From assembly GCA_002633005.1 (NCBI GenBank), contig NMRA01000030.1:1572453-1636452 (forward strand): a stretch of DNA of 64,000 nucleotides, given 5' to 3'. This document shows positions 23,917-37,482 of this stretch, one piece after another. Every line of letters starts with the position of its first letter. The stretch's first letter is position 1. The stretch is from Phoronis australis. Taxonomy: Eukaryota; Animalia; Phoronida. The notes under the pieces were generated by a model. It made no database searches and was not told the DNA's origin. It saw only the letters and a list, made by a program, of their open reading frames with translations. The position numbers and the translations under genes are program-made.

Positions 23917-26702
23917 CGTTAAGATATAAAAAGATGGTTGGCTTCGCCTACGCCCCACTATAACGTACATGTAACATACGGTGCGTAGGCGCTACGTTTA
24001 AATGCCAAATGGTGGTTGGCTGCGCCTACGTGCATCTGCGCCCCAATACAGCACTGGATTGAGGTGGACAATGTACACGCCGGCATTCTAGTGCTCCTAC
24101 ACCATGCCAATTGAGTTACATCCACGGTGTGGATGGAGGTTGGGACTAGAAATAGGTGATCTGTGTTATTTAAACGTAACTAAGATTGCTCCTGCGATAG
24201 GTCGAGCTGTTTGTGCTGCACTCCTAGGCCTACACGCGTTCACTGGATGGGACTACACCGGTGCATTTGCAAGGAAAGGAAAGAACAGACTATATGCAAT
24301 CGTGGCAAAACGTGATAAGTTCCAGTGGCCGGTTGCGTGAAACCGTCCCAAGTAGGGACTCAACTAAGTTCTCTAAAACTTTTTTCGTATTTGTTTCGTT
24401 CTTTAGGCACAGATGTAATATTTTTCTATAATTTTATCTTTATTATGAGCTATTCTTTGACTAATGCCATTTTCTATTAATATAACTAAAAACTGAGACC
24501 TTAATTCAGTCAAAATAATTATGGACTTAGTTCTTAAATTGGGGGCGTTGCATGAAAAGATCCCTACTTACTTTCAAAAATATTCATAATTCAATCGTTG
24601 TATCAAAGCCAAAAATTGGCATTATAGTAATGATACTCGAACTGCATCAGATAGGACAATCAGTGTTTTCACAAGCCTGCAAATACCCAGTAGATTTAGG
24701 GAATTTAGCTGTTTCATGCAATCAGACACTGTGAGCTTTTATTTTATTGAACCGCGATGCACCAACGAAAAAATCCATCAAAATCTTGGAGGATTTTGTT
24801 TTGTGTGCTGCACGGAGCACGGAAACGGATCCCAATCAACAAGCACCGATTCAACTTGAACGACCAAACCTTCAAACGAAAGTCAGCACTAAACACCCAT
24901 TTGACAAGCTTAAAAACATCGCGGGCAGCAGTATTCCACCGTGTGAAACTGAACTAGTACGTAACGTGGACAGAAGTACATTTATTGCTGAAATGGCGTA
25001 GCCCTCATCTTTAATCTTGGACAAAACACCCACGAATGGATAGAAAAATGTTGACGGCGAATTTCACACCATTTGGTTCAATGGAGAACAGAAGCCCTCT
25101 GCGTTCACTCCAAAGTTCGTCAAAACAGAAACAGATGACAATGGTGGGAATGCCAAGAGAGATGACGGTATGGACATTGATGTAGACGAAGATCATGATC
25201 CCCCCACCAAGAGAAATAGAATCATCTGATGAAGAAAGTGACAACGATCACGATGTTTGCAGTTAAATCACAGCAGAGTGAATAATTAGTATTGCGTTTG
25301 GAATTTCAGTTTTATCATATGAAACAATAGACTGTGTAATGCATCACAACCCCGTGTACTTTCATTTATTGCCACTAGATATGCTTCAAACAATTTAGCT
25401 TTACTTTGAGGCCAGGTTATTAAGTTACCCCCAGATGTATCGTATATTTTTCACTTTTGTTACATTTGAGAGTAAATTGTCATATCATCTGATGTATTTT
25501 TGTTCATTTGACGTAACATGTTTATCCATAAGAGTAGTAAAAATTGCCATATTTCTCTTTAACAATTTCAATTTTGAGGGTTTTCTTATCCCTTGGGGTC
25601 AAAACGCCCCGTCTTATCTGCAAACACCAGGAAAAATCCAGTCTTCAGCTGTGGATATGGTGTCCGGAGTTGCTAAACTATCTTTTAGAAAAAGAATTTT
25701 TATTGCACTTAAAGGTTTAAAGAAATCGCTAATTGGTCTTTAATTAATAAGAGTCTTAATCAATAACACCAAGAACTTTTCAAATCATAAGTTGTATTTT
25801 TGTTCATTTGAAATATTTTTTATCCATTGTACTAATAAAAAATCTCGCATTTCTTCTAGTATTAGTTAATTTTTTAGGGTCTTCTTATCCCTTGGTGTCC
25901 AAGCATCCATGTCTTATGTGCAAACCCCCAGGATAAATCGCATCTTAAGATGTGGTATCCAGAATTACTAAGCTGCTTTTTGGAAAAAGAATTTTTGTTG
26001 CACTTAAAATTCTAATCGGTCGTTAATTAGTAGGCGTCTTAATGAATGACCTCAGGCATTTTCGCGTCTTTTAAGACGCGAAGTTGCGTCATTTTAATTC
26101 GAGTGATGTTTTGAATGAAATAAACTTGAAACGTATGTTGCACTCGAAATTTTAATTAAATATATTTAGGGTCCTCTTTTGGAACCGCCAAGGACCAAAG
26201 CTCAGGATTTTGCAACTAAAAATACCCCTTTCCTTCAATGGTAGGTGATGTACAATAGAATTACCCAGTCAATCCTTTTGCACTCAAAAGTCCTGCTGGC
26301 TCTCCAACTAATGGTGTGGGTAAAAATCCGTGAATACTACTCCTGAACGCCTCATCTTGTTCCTACTTTATGCTACTTCTCATTTCACAGCTCCTACTTT
26401 TTCCTACTTTTTTGAAAATGTATCATACATTTTGCCTAAAACTGCTTGAAAGCCTGTCATACGTGAGAGGGAGATTAGAAATCTGTGATGACTACAGAGT
26501 TTTTCCTTCTCGCGTATTGTGTGTTTTTTATGGAAATTCGCCCACAGGGAATGTGAATAACATTGACGTTGCGAGAAGATACCTTCGCCAGGAATCATTG
26601 TTTAAAAATGTTTTGACGAGCTTTGGCGTTCCATGCCTCTTAAAAATTTACGATTTTGGCTTCCATTATGACGAGGGTATCTCTGCAAAAGAGTTCACTT
26701 GC

Positions 26703-26857
26703 CTTGGCAGGCTATAGCCTGGTCTTCTTCTTTCACGTAAGACGGTGCGTTTTCCCAGGCTTCCAGTACTGTTCTCTCCACATTCTCAGCGGTAGCTATG
26801 GACGTTCTGATGACCCCGGGCTCTATCAAGCACACACTTATATCCTTTATTTCTCGC
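26703..26857 (-). CDS. SDR9C/RDH-like paralog B, exon 3
   Basis: ttttag| acceptor; REIKDISVCLIEPGVIRTSIATAENVERTVLEAWENAPSYVKEE; 155 nt, same length as paralog A exon 3; donor AAG|gcaagt (GC). Confidence 0.85.
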
Positions 26858-27118
26858 CTAAAATTTACACACAAAATACGTATTCAAGATGAATGACTAT
26901 TCAAATTATGAAAATCATAGCCTTAGTTTCATACAAGTGCTGTGTTTATCCCGGCGGCAACGTTTCGTTAGACAAGGCTACTACATGTACATACATGTAC
27001 CTGAGAATTAATCAAGGTCTTTTACAATAACACGTACAGTGTATATGGGAGTAGTCGTTATGGTAGGGCAACTTTTTGGTTGCTGTTCCTACAGGCGGGT
27101 ATTTTGTCATAACATTAC

Positions 27119-27377
27119 CTGAGAATATCCGAGAATGCTTCCACAGCGCATTTACTGACACAATATGCGGTGTTACCCGGCAATGGAAACAGTCCTAGCA
27201 TACTGCTCATGTTCACAACACGCCCTCCCTCTTTACGCACCAATGGCAGAAACGTTGTAGTGACGTCGATCGTACCGTACAAGTTAACATTCATGCAAAG
27301 CTCGTAGTCTTTTTTAGTTAACCATCTTATCAGTCCCGTGCTCGACTCTCCGGCGTTGTTGACGACACCCCAAAGAC
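27119..27377 (-). CDS. SDR9C/RDH-like paralog B, exon 2
   Basis: GLWGVVNNAG...GRVVNMSS...YCVSK...VEAFSDILR; NNAG and catalytic YxxxK; canonical splice sites; 259 nt. Confidence 0.92.
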
Positions 27378-27700
27378 CTGAAATTGAAATACAAATACCT
27401 ACCATAGACCACGTTTGTCTCCGCCGAGCCCTCCCCCCCCTGGGTGCGCGCATGAAAACAACAGTCGTTTGCTATAAATATTGAAGATGACGTCACAAAA
27501 ACTTTGCGATAGTTTTCCAAATTATCATTTCAGTTCGACTATTTTCATTAAAATCCGCATAAAATTCGGGTTTTTTATTGCAAAATTGAAACGTTTAATG
27601 GCAATTTCTCACACCGTCTTGGACTACAGTGCATATAAAGCCTTGTTTCTGAAAGTTTCACACGAATCCAATCAATGATGAAAATAAGTCCATATATATA

Positions 27701-27819
<119 letters not shown>

Positions 27820-28787
27820 ACACGTATGAGATAAATATATATTTCTGTCGAGTTGACATTCCCAGATGAAATAAATTCGAGATAGGATACGACAGTACTC
27901 CTATGTATGTGGTACAACCTTTATGAATACGTAGAAATTGTGAACGCTTGAACACATTTATCTTCTGAAATAAGACTTCAAATATAACTGCACTTCGAAG
28001 GAACTTATTCACTCGAAGAATCGATTTCTTTACTATATGCTTGTCACTCCGCCTACTGCGTTTTTAGGAATTTTTGAGCTGAAGCATTCACTTGGCCGCT
28101 TGGCTGGTATTTGGGTCACTACATTACAAGATGGCAGACAATTTGATTCGTTGTTGTCAGAGAAAGGTAAAGAGAGGCGAAATATAGCAAGTGTGACCCC
28201 TTGCAGTTCCCTAAATATATCAATGTAATTTGATTTGGTTAGTACTAACAAACTGAACAAGAATTTTAGTACCATTTTTTGGTTTATGTCTATTTTACCT
28301 ATGATCGAAGAGCTTTCCGATAGCTCCTTTCGCTTTGTTTAAGAGCTGATTTTTGGCTGTGCACGCACCATTTTTCTATTATTGTGACACCTTTCGGGAG
28401 CCCAGTGAGACAACTTCGATGAAGTAAAATTTGCACTAAAATGGTGTTTACCGTGTTGTGAAGCGTGACTTTCGGTTGTGACGACACGTACTCCAAGCCG
28501 CTAGCCAAGTGGCAATTGCCTCTTGGCCGAATGATTTGGATGCTTGACCGTCGCTCGTGCAACATGGGTTCAAGTCCCGCCGGAAACACGGGGAAATTTT
28601 CTGCACCCGTAACAAAGTCATATAAACTTACAATGCAGTGAAACCAATTTGATAACTAGCTGTGAGCTAGACTGTACGCAACATTATACGAGGAACAGTT
28701 AGACAGGAGAATCGGCAAAAATATTCTACATAAAAATCATTCCCTCATGGCCCGCCTGTTCAGTAATTAGACAATTAGATTTCGTAC

Positions 28788-29136
28788 CGAGGTTTTCTGG
28801 CAAGATGGTTTTAACAAGGTCGTGTGCTGCGGCGACCGCTTTGGAATCTGTGACGTCAAACTTGAAAGGTACGCATCTATCAGAAGTGGCGCTATTCAAA
28901 CAGGACACTCCAGCATCGGTGAGACAGCCGGCAATCACGTGACAGCCTTTTTGATCAAGCTGTATTACAAGGTCACGCCCGACACCACAGTCGCAGCCGG
29001 TAACGAGAATGTAACGCCGCCCATAGTCTTCGACCAGCCTTTCATTCCAGTACCACAAACAAAGAAATAACAATATCCCAATACCAAAAGCCCATTCGAT
29101 GAAGATCGAAAAAAATCCCAGTTGTGCATCAAACAT
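28788..29136 (-). CDS. SDR9C/RDH-like paralog B, coding exon 1 (N-terminal membrane anchor, TGxxxGxG)
   Basis: ATG at 29136, hydrophobic segment, YILVTGCDCGVGRDL; G|gtacga donor; four exons total 963 nt = 320 aa. Confidence 0.9.
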
Positions 29137-30419
29137 TGTACAGATTTTTTCAGTTCTGGCTTCTGCAAAACGTGTGCGACCGGCGCAACCTCAGCATGTT
29201 GTCTGTTAAATCGCGAGCATGTAACTTTTCACGACAGTCACGTGCGGCTAAGAAACAGTGAATTTGCTTTTCAAATATATTGTGTAGTACTAAAGGATCG
29301 TAAAAATCCTGTGACATCACAAATAATTTGGTGACGTGTAATCAAAATGGCGTGGAAAACAACACTTCGCCGCATTAGAATTGAACAGTATGGTTTGGTG
29401 TGAGTACGTCCAAGCTACCATAATAGAAAAATAAGCACATGTTAAACTATACGCATTTCAATATGGTTAATGTTACCGAGGTTAGTGCCGTGAAAATTAC
29501 CAGATCAATTTTAAACTTGTCGACATTTTTCAATGCGCTCCGATAGTTTGTGGTCATGCTGAAAATTTTGCTATTGGCCCATGACAATCTATCCTTCGAA
29601 AAATGTGGGCTGAAACAGCTCTTTTTGTCTTGTCCAATGAGGTGACTTTCAAAAAATAACCGGGCCATATTGAAAGTCACTTACCCGCCAGACATCGATA
29701 GTTCAGAACGCTAGGAAATCGTAAAACTTAGGTTGCAGATTTCATTAAAATGAGTGAACAGGCCGTTAACATTTTCCAATATTCGATCGTAAATTATCAT
29801 TCCTGTTTACAGCTTTTACATGTGCATGACTATGTTCTAATTTTCAATGCCCTTGGGGTTTCTGTTTCATATGTTACCACTTAATTACACCAAGTCTGCC
29901 GGACACAACTTTTTGAAAAAAAAACTCTTTTTATCATCAGGGACACCCAAATGGCACGGGTTAAAATTGGTCCGGAATACCCATGTTTATGTAATACCAG
30001 TCTGAGGGAGGAGCACACAGATTTTACTTGGATTTAAAACAGTTAAAGCTGAGTGCCTAGGCTTGGCAAAGTTTTAGTGTCCAACCCCTATGTTTCTTAT
30101 GTGGTTAACTTATGGGTCATCGCGAAATTCGTTGGCCTGTGTTGTAAATCACAGACATCCTCAACTTCTGATCATCCTCAATACATTATATATAATACCA
30201 CAAGGCATGACACTCGGAACTAGGAATTTCATGAGTGCTTCATTTCACACAGAAATCTTCCCAAAAGCCGAGTGTCTGACCTCTTAGTATTAACGATATA
30301 GTGTATTTGGGACGATCAGACTCAGACTGGCTGAGGACGCCTGTGGTATAACTCACAGACGTCTGCAGCTTGTGATCGTACGCAATACACTATACATGTG
30401 AATAGCTACATGTACAACA

Positions 30420-30770
30420 AGGTATGACACTCAGGACTAAAAATTTCATGGGTGCTTCACTAGTTCACTACAGCCGCCCATATCAAACGCGAAACTCAAT
30501 AAATTTACACAAAACAGAGGTTCAGCAAACCATGAGCAATTGTTCTTTCTTCTGATAGCATTTACAGTGTCCTGCTCTGGTCAGCGAGTGCGCAACAAAT
30601 TCGCGGTCGAAGCACAAATTCTGCCCAAAAAGCAGATGCGTACTGTCAATGTATCCCACGCTAGTCGATACGGAGTTTTCCGATGACTTAAGGGTGGACA
30701 GCAATTGCCGATTTATGATCACCGAAGGTTACGAATGATTTGGATAATGGTGAAGTTATTGATGTCGTGA
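30420..30770 (+). repeat. Dispersed repeat family (related copy 34397-34840)
   Basis: Shared AAGGTATGACACTC...GGTGCTTCAC...CCATATCAAAC...GTGTCCTGCTC...CGCAACAAATT blocks. Confidence 0.55.
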
Positions 30771-31212
30771 CGAATCCCCAATTTCCGTGAGGCACATTGA
30801 CAGTATGCATCGCCTTTTGGTGAAGATCGCGAATTTGTTGCGAACTCGCTGGAAGAAGACACCGTAAATGCTATCATTTTTTGATTGGATTTAAAACGTT
30901 AAGTTAAATACAAATCCTTATAACTCGGTATGTTTTCATGCAATCGACACTTTATTTCATAATTTTAATATATTACACATATTCACAACATTGTGTTGTT
31001 ATTAAATTTTCAATCTTAGTGCAAGTGAGGTTGACCGAGTCCATATTCAAAATGGCGGCGACTATGGGCTGCAGGATTTCAAAGTGCATTGTTTGGAAAA
31101 TCAAGTTTCTGATATAAAATATTCGATGAATTTAAATGTAATTAAGAAAAGATCAAGCTAATATGTCTTGTAACTTTTCCACGTATTTTGCACGAAATTA
31201 AACGACTTTTTC

Positions 31213-31887
31213 CATGTCATTTTTAGCAAAAATAAGGTTCTTTGATTATCTCAGACAAATTTTTCACTTAATTAGAGCTTTTCGTAATTTAATTAATTAT
31301 TTGTCCTTTACTCCGAAAGTGAGCAGTCCTGCGATATTGAGTAGAGGGAGTGAATACAGGCCCCGTTCGACACCCAGTGAAGAGGACAATTCGTCGTTCA
31401 ATGAATAGATGGGTGAGCCAAGCTTTGATAAGCTTATTGAGAACTTGTCTAAAGTATTGGAGCTACTTAGAAGGTGCCAGGTGCGTGGCGAGGGAGTCAC
31501 ATGGCGGGATGTAAGCAGTTTGTGTGCTCAGGTCACCATCCAGTGGAAGTATGTCACAGGACACTATGGGACAATTGTTCCTCTTTCCGTGAGACGATAA
31601 TGAGTACATCTCGGTACGCAGAAACAGTTTGGCATGTTGACTGACTGGTAAACAAAAACAAACGACGACCGAACTTATCACAACAGAGGTAGAACAATGA
31701 CTGACTCGGCAGCTCTCACAGGCAGAATATATGAAAATGAATTGGCGAGAAATATTTGCCTCCCAAAACGTAAAAGACGAGTAATCGTTTATTAAATTAC
31801 AAAAAGCCTTAATTGAATGAAAAATATGTCTGGGATAATCAACCTTATTTTTGCTAAAAATGACATGAAGAAAGGTTGCCTTCGCCA
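31213..31887 (+). mobile_element. Further-deleted copy of Kolobok element 12562-14244
   Basis: Left TIR remnant, internal 31320-31583 matching 13300-13577, right TIR ending GGTTGCCTTCGCCA|TTAA. Confidence 0.75.
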
Positions 31888-31922
31888 TTAAGTCGAGCCT
31901 AAACGCAAGCTCCTTTGGAAGG

Positions 31923-32122
31923 TCAAAGCTGTTTCATCCAATCGAACGCCCAGTCGGCAAGTCCAGCTGGCAAAACCGAGAGACAAAAAGCAAACTTGGC
32001 TCCAGAGCCAACCAAGTAGCGCCTGCGTGGATTTTTTGACAGAAGAGCGTGGATGTATGCGTCGACAACCAAGTGCGTTTTGTCAGATGCCGCCGCCATA
32101 CTCTTCCGGGCGAGTTCTGCCG
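31923..32122 (-). CDS. SDR9C/RDH-like paralog A, exon 4 (stop)
   Basis: ttctttatcgcag| acceptor; HLVVDAYIHALLSKNPRRRYLVGSGAK...LPAGLADW; 200 nt. Confidence 0.9.
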
Positions 32123-32876
32123 CTGCGATAAAGAAGGTAAAATTCTGCCAAAGGTTATGTTGGACCTTATCGACAAGTCTGTACATTTAGCAAAATATCT
32201 TCCGTAGCATTAGGTTTATGACTCCATGCCAGTCTGCTATACATTAGGTCTCCTAGTGACCATGCTTTTTAAAGAATATTTAGTGAGAAAAAAGTTACAT
32301 TCATGACAAACTAATAGAATCGATAATATGACCGTCAGACACAATTGCGTACGAAATCAATACAAATGTTCAAGACAAAAGATCAAAAACACTGTTACAG
32401 TTTCCTATATTACCGTTTCGTTTTCGATGTATGCAAGTTTCAACTACTTTCAAAAAAGATAAATTTTTGATTGCCCCTCGTACATAAGCGGAACATTTCA
32501 GAAACGATTCCTAATAGCAATTTGTAGAGCAGTGCGCATTTAAGTAAGGTATATCTCAAAGTTTCACTTGGCATTTCTGAGATGGGGTGTTACGAAGTTG
32601 TCCAAAATTGACATTTTGTAGGGTCCTACATAACTTTAAAAATACCATTTTTTAAATTTCAGTGCAGATCTCTAGATTTCCTCTTCTTTGATCAAGCATA
32701 CTATCCCTAAAAATTTAAAAAGAAGAATCACATGTTTTCTCAATAACCTGATTGCCGTACAATGACTAAATTTAAATAGAGCGTAACGAGTACTGACGAG
32801 TTGCAGATAAGAGCTACTTTATTAACGATAAGACCTGTTTCTCACTGAGGGAGGAAGCACACACAGTTATGCTTAC

Positions 32877-33031
32877 CCTTTGCAGCTAATACCCGATCCT
32901 TCTCCTTCACTTCAGGGGGCGCCTTTTCCCAAGCAGTAAGCACACCTCGCTCAATTGCCTCTGGCGTGGTTATTGGCGTTTTAAACACGCCAGGTTCAAT
33001 TATGCAAACTTTGATCTCTTTAGTTTCTCGC
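32877..33031 (-). CDS. SDR9C/RDH-like paralog A, exon 3
   Basis: ttattgcag| ... G|gtaagc; RETKEIKVCIIEPGVFKTPITTPEAIERGVLTAWEKAPPEVKE; 155 nt. Confidence 0.9.
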
Positions 33032-33823
33032 CTGCAATAAACGCTTTGGCATTAAAGTACTTGCAGTGGTGTTTTACTGCCTTACTCAAGACTTGCTAGG
33101 AATATCGTTGGCATCGTATTACTATATCGACCTACAGTGCTCTTCGCATTTTCTTTACAATTACTGACAAAGTTAGCTTTAATGTAATACATATTAGCGC
33201 AACTAATGCAACCGTTGCTCATCATGGGTATTAGCCATGAAGCTAAAATGAATACCGGTACCACAACTCTTCTTTTGTGACTTCACCAAAACTTCGTTCT
33301 GTCATCTGATAATGCACATTCGGTATATCACTTGAATCATAAAGGCGGTATTCAACTAAAACACTTGTCATCAGATGAGACTTGTGATTTTCGGTGTGTA
33401 GTCGAGTAACTCGCCTTTTTTAAGGTTAGCCATACTTACCTGCTTAGTACGCTTTGTAACGAGTTATCACATTCACTAGAACAGACTTTTAATATATGAC
33501 CAGGATTTCAGAGCATTATTTCATACCAGACAATTAGATGGGAAAGACAGTGTTGATATGTATTACTCAGACAAATCCGAGTTAAGTGTCCTTTGAAATA
33601 GGCCCAAAGTTCGCATGGACTATACTTTTGATTCATTGCAGATCTAACGCGACCAAATAAACTAACAGTGCAAGGATAAAAGATGCACACGTTTTGTGCA
33701 TAGTGTAAATACGGGAAGGCTTTTGCAAGTTGGATTTTGGTTTCCGGCGACCAATCGTACTCATATAGAATGCTTTAATGATAATACGAAGGAGTCCTAT
33801 ATTCGAAGTTTGAAGTAAGTCAC

Positions 33824-34082
33824 CTGAGTACATCCGAAAATGCTTCCACGGCGCATTTACTGATACAGTAAGGGGAGTTGCCCGGCATGGGAAACAACCC
33901 AAGCATACTGCTCATATTCACTACACGCCCTCCCTCTTTACGGACTAGTTGCAGAAACGTTGTGGTGACGTCGATCGTTCCGTACATATTGACGTTCATG
34001 CATAGCTCGTAATCCTTCTTGGTGAGCCATCTGGTCAGGCCTATTGTAGATACACCGGCGTTGTTGACAATTCCCCACAATC
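33824..34082 (-). CDS. SDR9C/RDH-like paralog A, exon 2
   Basis: GLWGIVNNAG...YCISKCAVEAFSDVLR; canonical splice sites; 259 nt. Confidence 0.92.
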
Positions 34083-34269
34083 CTGAGTAAATGTAAGATG
34101 GAGCGGGGTAAAAAGAGCAATGATTTCGGTTCAAGCATCACAGTACGAGTGATCTACATAACCAGAAAGAAGCACGTCCCTTTGGGCGCAGAGTTTAGTA
34201 GCTTAGGAAATTTTCAATAGACGTCACTGAAGTCACAGGCGTCCTCTTCTGATAATCTCCAATACGCTA

Positions 34270-34270
34270 T

Positions 34271-34336
<66 letters not shown>

Positions 34337-34393
34337 TTATATTTATATTTATATTTATATTTATATTTATATTTATATTTATATTTATATATA
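34270..34393. repeat. (TA)n + (TTTATA)n compound microsatellite
   Basis: Direct observation. Confidence 0.9.
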
Positions 34394-34535
34394 CTACAAG
34401 GTATGACACTCGAGACAAGTATTACGGTGCTTCACTTCAGCCGTCCATATCAAACACAAAACAGGGTTTCAACAAACCATTAGTTGTTGTTCTTTCCTCT
34501 AATACCATTCACGGTGTCCTGCTCCAGCGAGATCG

Positions 34536-34838
34536 CAACAAATTTGCGGTCAAAGGACAAAAATGTTCCCAAAAAGCCCACGCATCTGTCCTCCTTTGAC
34601 GGTTCGAGGTCTAGGACGGTACGGAATTATCCGATGAGTTACGGATGGACGGCAATTGCCGGTTCATCACGGAAAGTTACGAACTGGTGTGGCTAAGCCA
34701 AGCATGGAGTTATGGACGTCGTGACACTCCGTGACAAATCGGAAATTGCCATACTGTCCTTGACCTCGAACCGTCAAAGGAGGACTGATACGTGGGCTTT
34801 TTGGGAACATTTTTGTCCTTTGATCGCAAATTCGTTGA
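34536..34838. repeat. Inverted repeat with ~110-bp arms
   Basis: AAAGGACAAAAATGTTCCCAAAAAGCCCACG...TCCTTTGACGGTTCGAGGTC pairs with GACCTCGAACCGTCAAAGGA...CGTGGGCTTTTTGGGAACATTTTTGTCCTTT. Confidence 0.8.
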
Positions 34839-37482
34839 AATTCATAGACAAAAACATGAATAAATTTCTTAAACATTGTCCGATTTTGATGATTCTTTTT
34901 TTAATTTGCACAACTAAATAACTCTTTGCATATGCATATGAGATTCAGTTTGCATTTAGTAAGTGATCAAAAAAATTATTTGAGACCGTAACACAGTCAA
35001 CTCTCGAATAGAAACCTTGATTGTGATTTAGCCGATTGTATTGGGAAAGACCAGAAGCTGATGACGCCTGTGACTGAAGTATGTATGTAACCCTACGGAG
35101 TTTGCTTCAAGATGCACTTCACCGAATTTACACTCAGGCTAAAAACAAAATTCGAGTTAGGGCTTTTACTCATACACAGGTGGTCTCAAGTTTTCCTTTA
35201 CCCTGAAAGGGCTTATTTTCTGTTACCATAAAGAACATACGGACCCTCAACTGGTAAAAAATGCACCGGAATAGGATCGATATTTTCGGGGTTGGGCAAC
35301 TATGAAATTAAAAAATGGCGCAGAGAATTCCATTCAAAAATTGGATCAGTCACGCGACGCAACAGTCACCATTTCTGTGAGTACATAACTGATCCTAATT
35401 AAAAACTAAGTTAGTATTTTTGATATGAAATTAGTTATTTAAGCACTTTAATATACTAGAAATATCTTAGGCGATCGTGAAACCATGCAAACGCATGCAC
35501 GGAAGATTGAATTTCTTACCTTTATGTGATCTGCACGCAGTATTTGTCTAACGTCAAAACTTTTATAAACAATAAAGGGCTCGGTAATTTTTGAGTTGCT
35601 GATACTTGAAAAATCACGCGTATCTAAGTAAAACACATTTTAACCAATCGTGAATCCTATCAATCATGCGCACAAAAAAGGGGTTGACGGTCAAAGAGAA
35701 CTTCAGGCGTACCTGCATGCCCACATGTGCAACACACCGAATGCAGCTGTGACAGTTTTGACTAATATCAAATTAAAGCTCGCATACTGTAAGTGCTACA
35801 ATCATCATCAACAGAAACAGTACACTCTCAAAGGGCACAGCAGGCACCTTTCTTTCAGGTGAGTAATGGCTCTGTAGTCTTTCCTCACTCATAGATGCCC
35901 GTGAAGTTCCTCAAACTTGTCAAAGCGTTTGGCATTCGCACTAACAGCTCGTTTCTGCGAGTGTGCAACCTATCCCAGCGCTCGACACCGAGCTTGACGC
36001 CAAGTCGCATTTGGCGACCGAGAAAATGGGACAAAAGTCCACTAAATCAGCGCAAACGCGCAATTCACAGAGGTGCTCCCGTTTTCTTTTATACCGCCCG
36101 CCCTTTTGTTAGCAAATGGTCCACAACGTCGGGAATTTGAGCCCCCCATATCGAAGGCTGGGTGCGCGCATGTGAACACGCGCGTATTTAGGGTATGGGT
36201 GTGACTTTTGGGGAGTAGTTTTGACGAATTTCACTTTTTAGGTTGCCAAAAAGATGTACTGCCAAAACAGCTCTTTAGAGTGTATAAAAATAGGGTAAGA
36301 CAGCGCCGGATTTATAGGGAGACAGTGGCGCAATCGTCCCGGGCCGGCCCTCCGAGAGGCTCTATCATTAAAAACCGGAACAGGAAAGACAGTATTTAAA
36401 TCACCGGTTGACCCTTCAAGAGATGACCTCCTTCAAGGTTTATATACGATTTCAAAAACAACCAGGAAAAGAAAGTAAATCGATTCTGTCGTTGGCACCC
36501 CCATCCGCAAGTAGAAAGGATATAAATAAAAACAGGAAAATTGTGGCAACGGATCAACTGAAGGGTCTCCTCCTACGGATGTGGCCCTTAAATATGAACA
36601 GGTAATTATGAACAGAAAAAGAGCATCAGCGACCCTCTGCATCAGGTGGAATTCAATTTCAACAAAATGAAACAAGAGAGGAAAGGATGAATTCAAAATA
36701 CGCTTTGCTATAGAGGAGGGACCCCTCCGGATAAACACAGTGTCATCTTAAATGTAAAAAGTTGAGCCCAGTTCTAAGAAACTGGCTTATGTTCATTTTG
36801 GTCTTAAATCTAAGGTTATTTCGCATTCCAACAATCTTAGCTAAGTCTGACTTAAATTTCTATCTTAACTTTGAGTGGAGTATCACTTTGTCTTAAGTCG
36901 ATCTTATGTTTGTCAAAAAGGGCGCCTTTTACATTTGTGAGCGAAGATAATCCGACACAAAGTTTATCAAGATCGGATTGAATTTGATTTATTTGATGAG
37001 TGCTTTAGAAAGGAAAGGGCTACAGTTGGCACACTGGCCACTTGTTTGGGAAATCAATTAGAACCGGAGACAGAGGAGATTCATCGACAACGGAGCAACA
37101 ACAAGCAGCTGCGTTGAGACTACGTATCCGACAGTTTCCTAACTGTTGTCGGTGACACCGAGGGTGTCGGCAAATCAATCGTGTCAAGCACAGTCACGAA
37201 AGTTACAAAATTTCTCCCGACCTCTCGCTCCACAAAGTGGCCGATAACTTCGATCTCTACCGACCGACAATTTCATCAAGTCGCTGGTTTTCCCCAGGTA
37301 GATGCAAAACGTGATGGAGTGGTAAGCAAAAACGATAACTATGAGTACGATTGTAAGATACTGGTAATTCCACTTGTAGATTGTATTGTTCTAAATTCAC
37401 GCAATTCGTACATGTAAGTACATTCAGTTTTAGCATGTTTAAATAGTCGACATAAAGTTGATAACCCGGGCTCAAAACTAGA

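Larger units (their letters stand above)
22181..26310 (+). mobile_element. Academ DNA transposon, internally deleted and degenerate
   Basis: TAG...CTA termini, ATG 3-bp TSD, ~380-bp imperfect TIRs (22181-22565 / 25925-26310); transposase remnants LLGLHAFTGWDYTGAFARKGK (24104-24340) and IPPCETELVRNVDRSTFIA (24747-25001). Confidence 0.8.
21957..26456. mobile_element. Small TIR element (CAGGCTTTCAAG ends) split by the Academ insertion
   Basis: 12-bp perfect TIR CAGGCTTTCAAG / CTTGAAAGCCTG; TCCTACTTTT subterminal repeats on both sides of the Academ; no convincing TSD. Confidence 0.55.
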
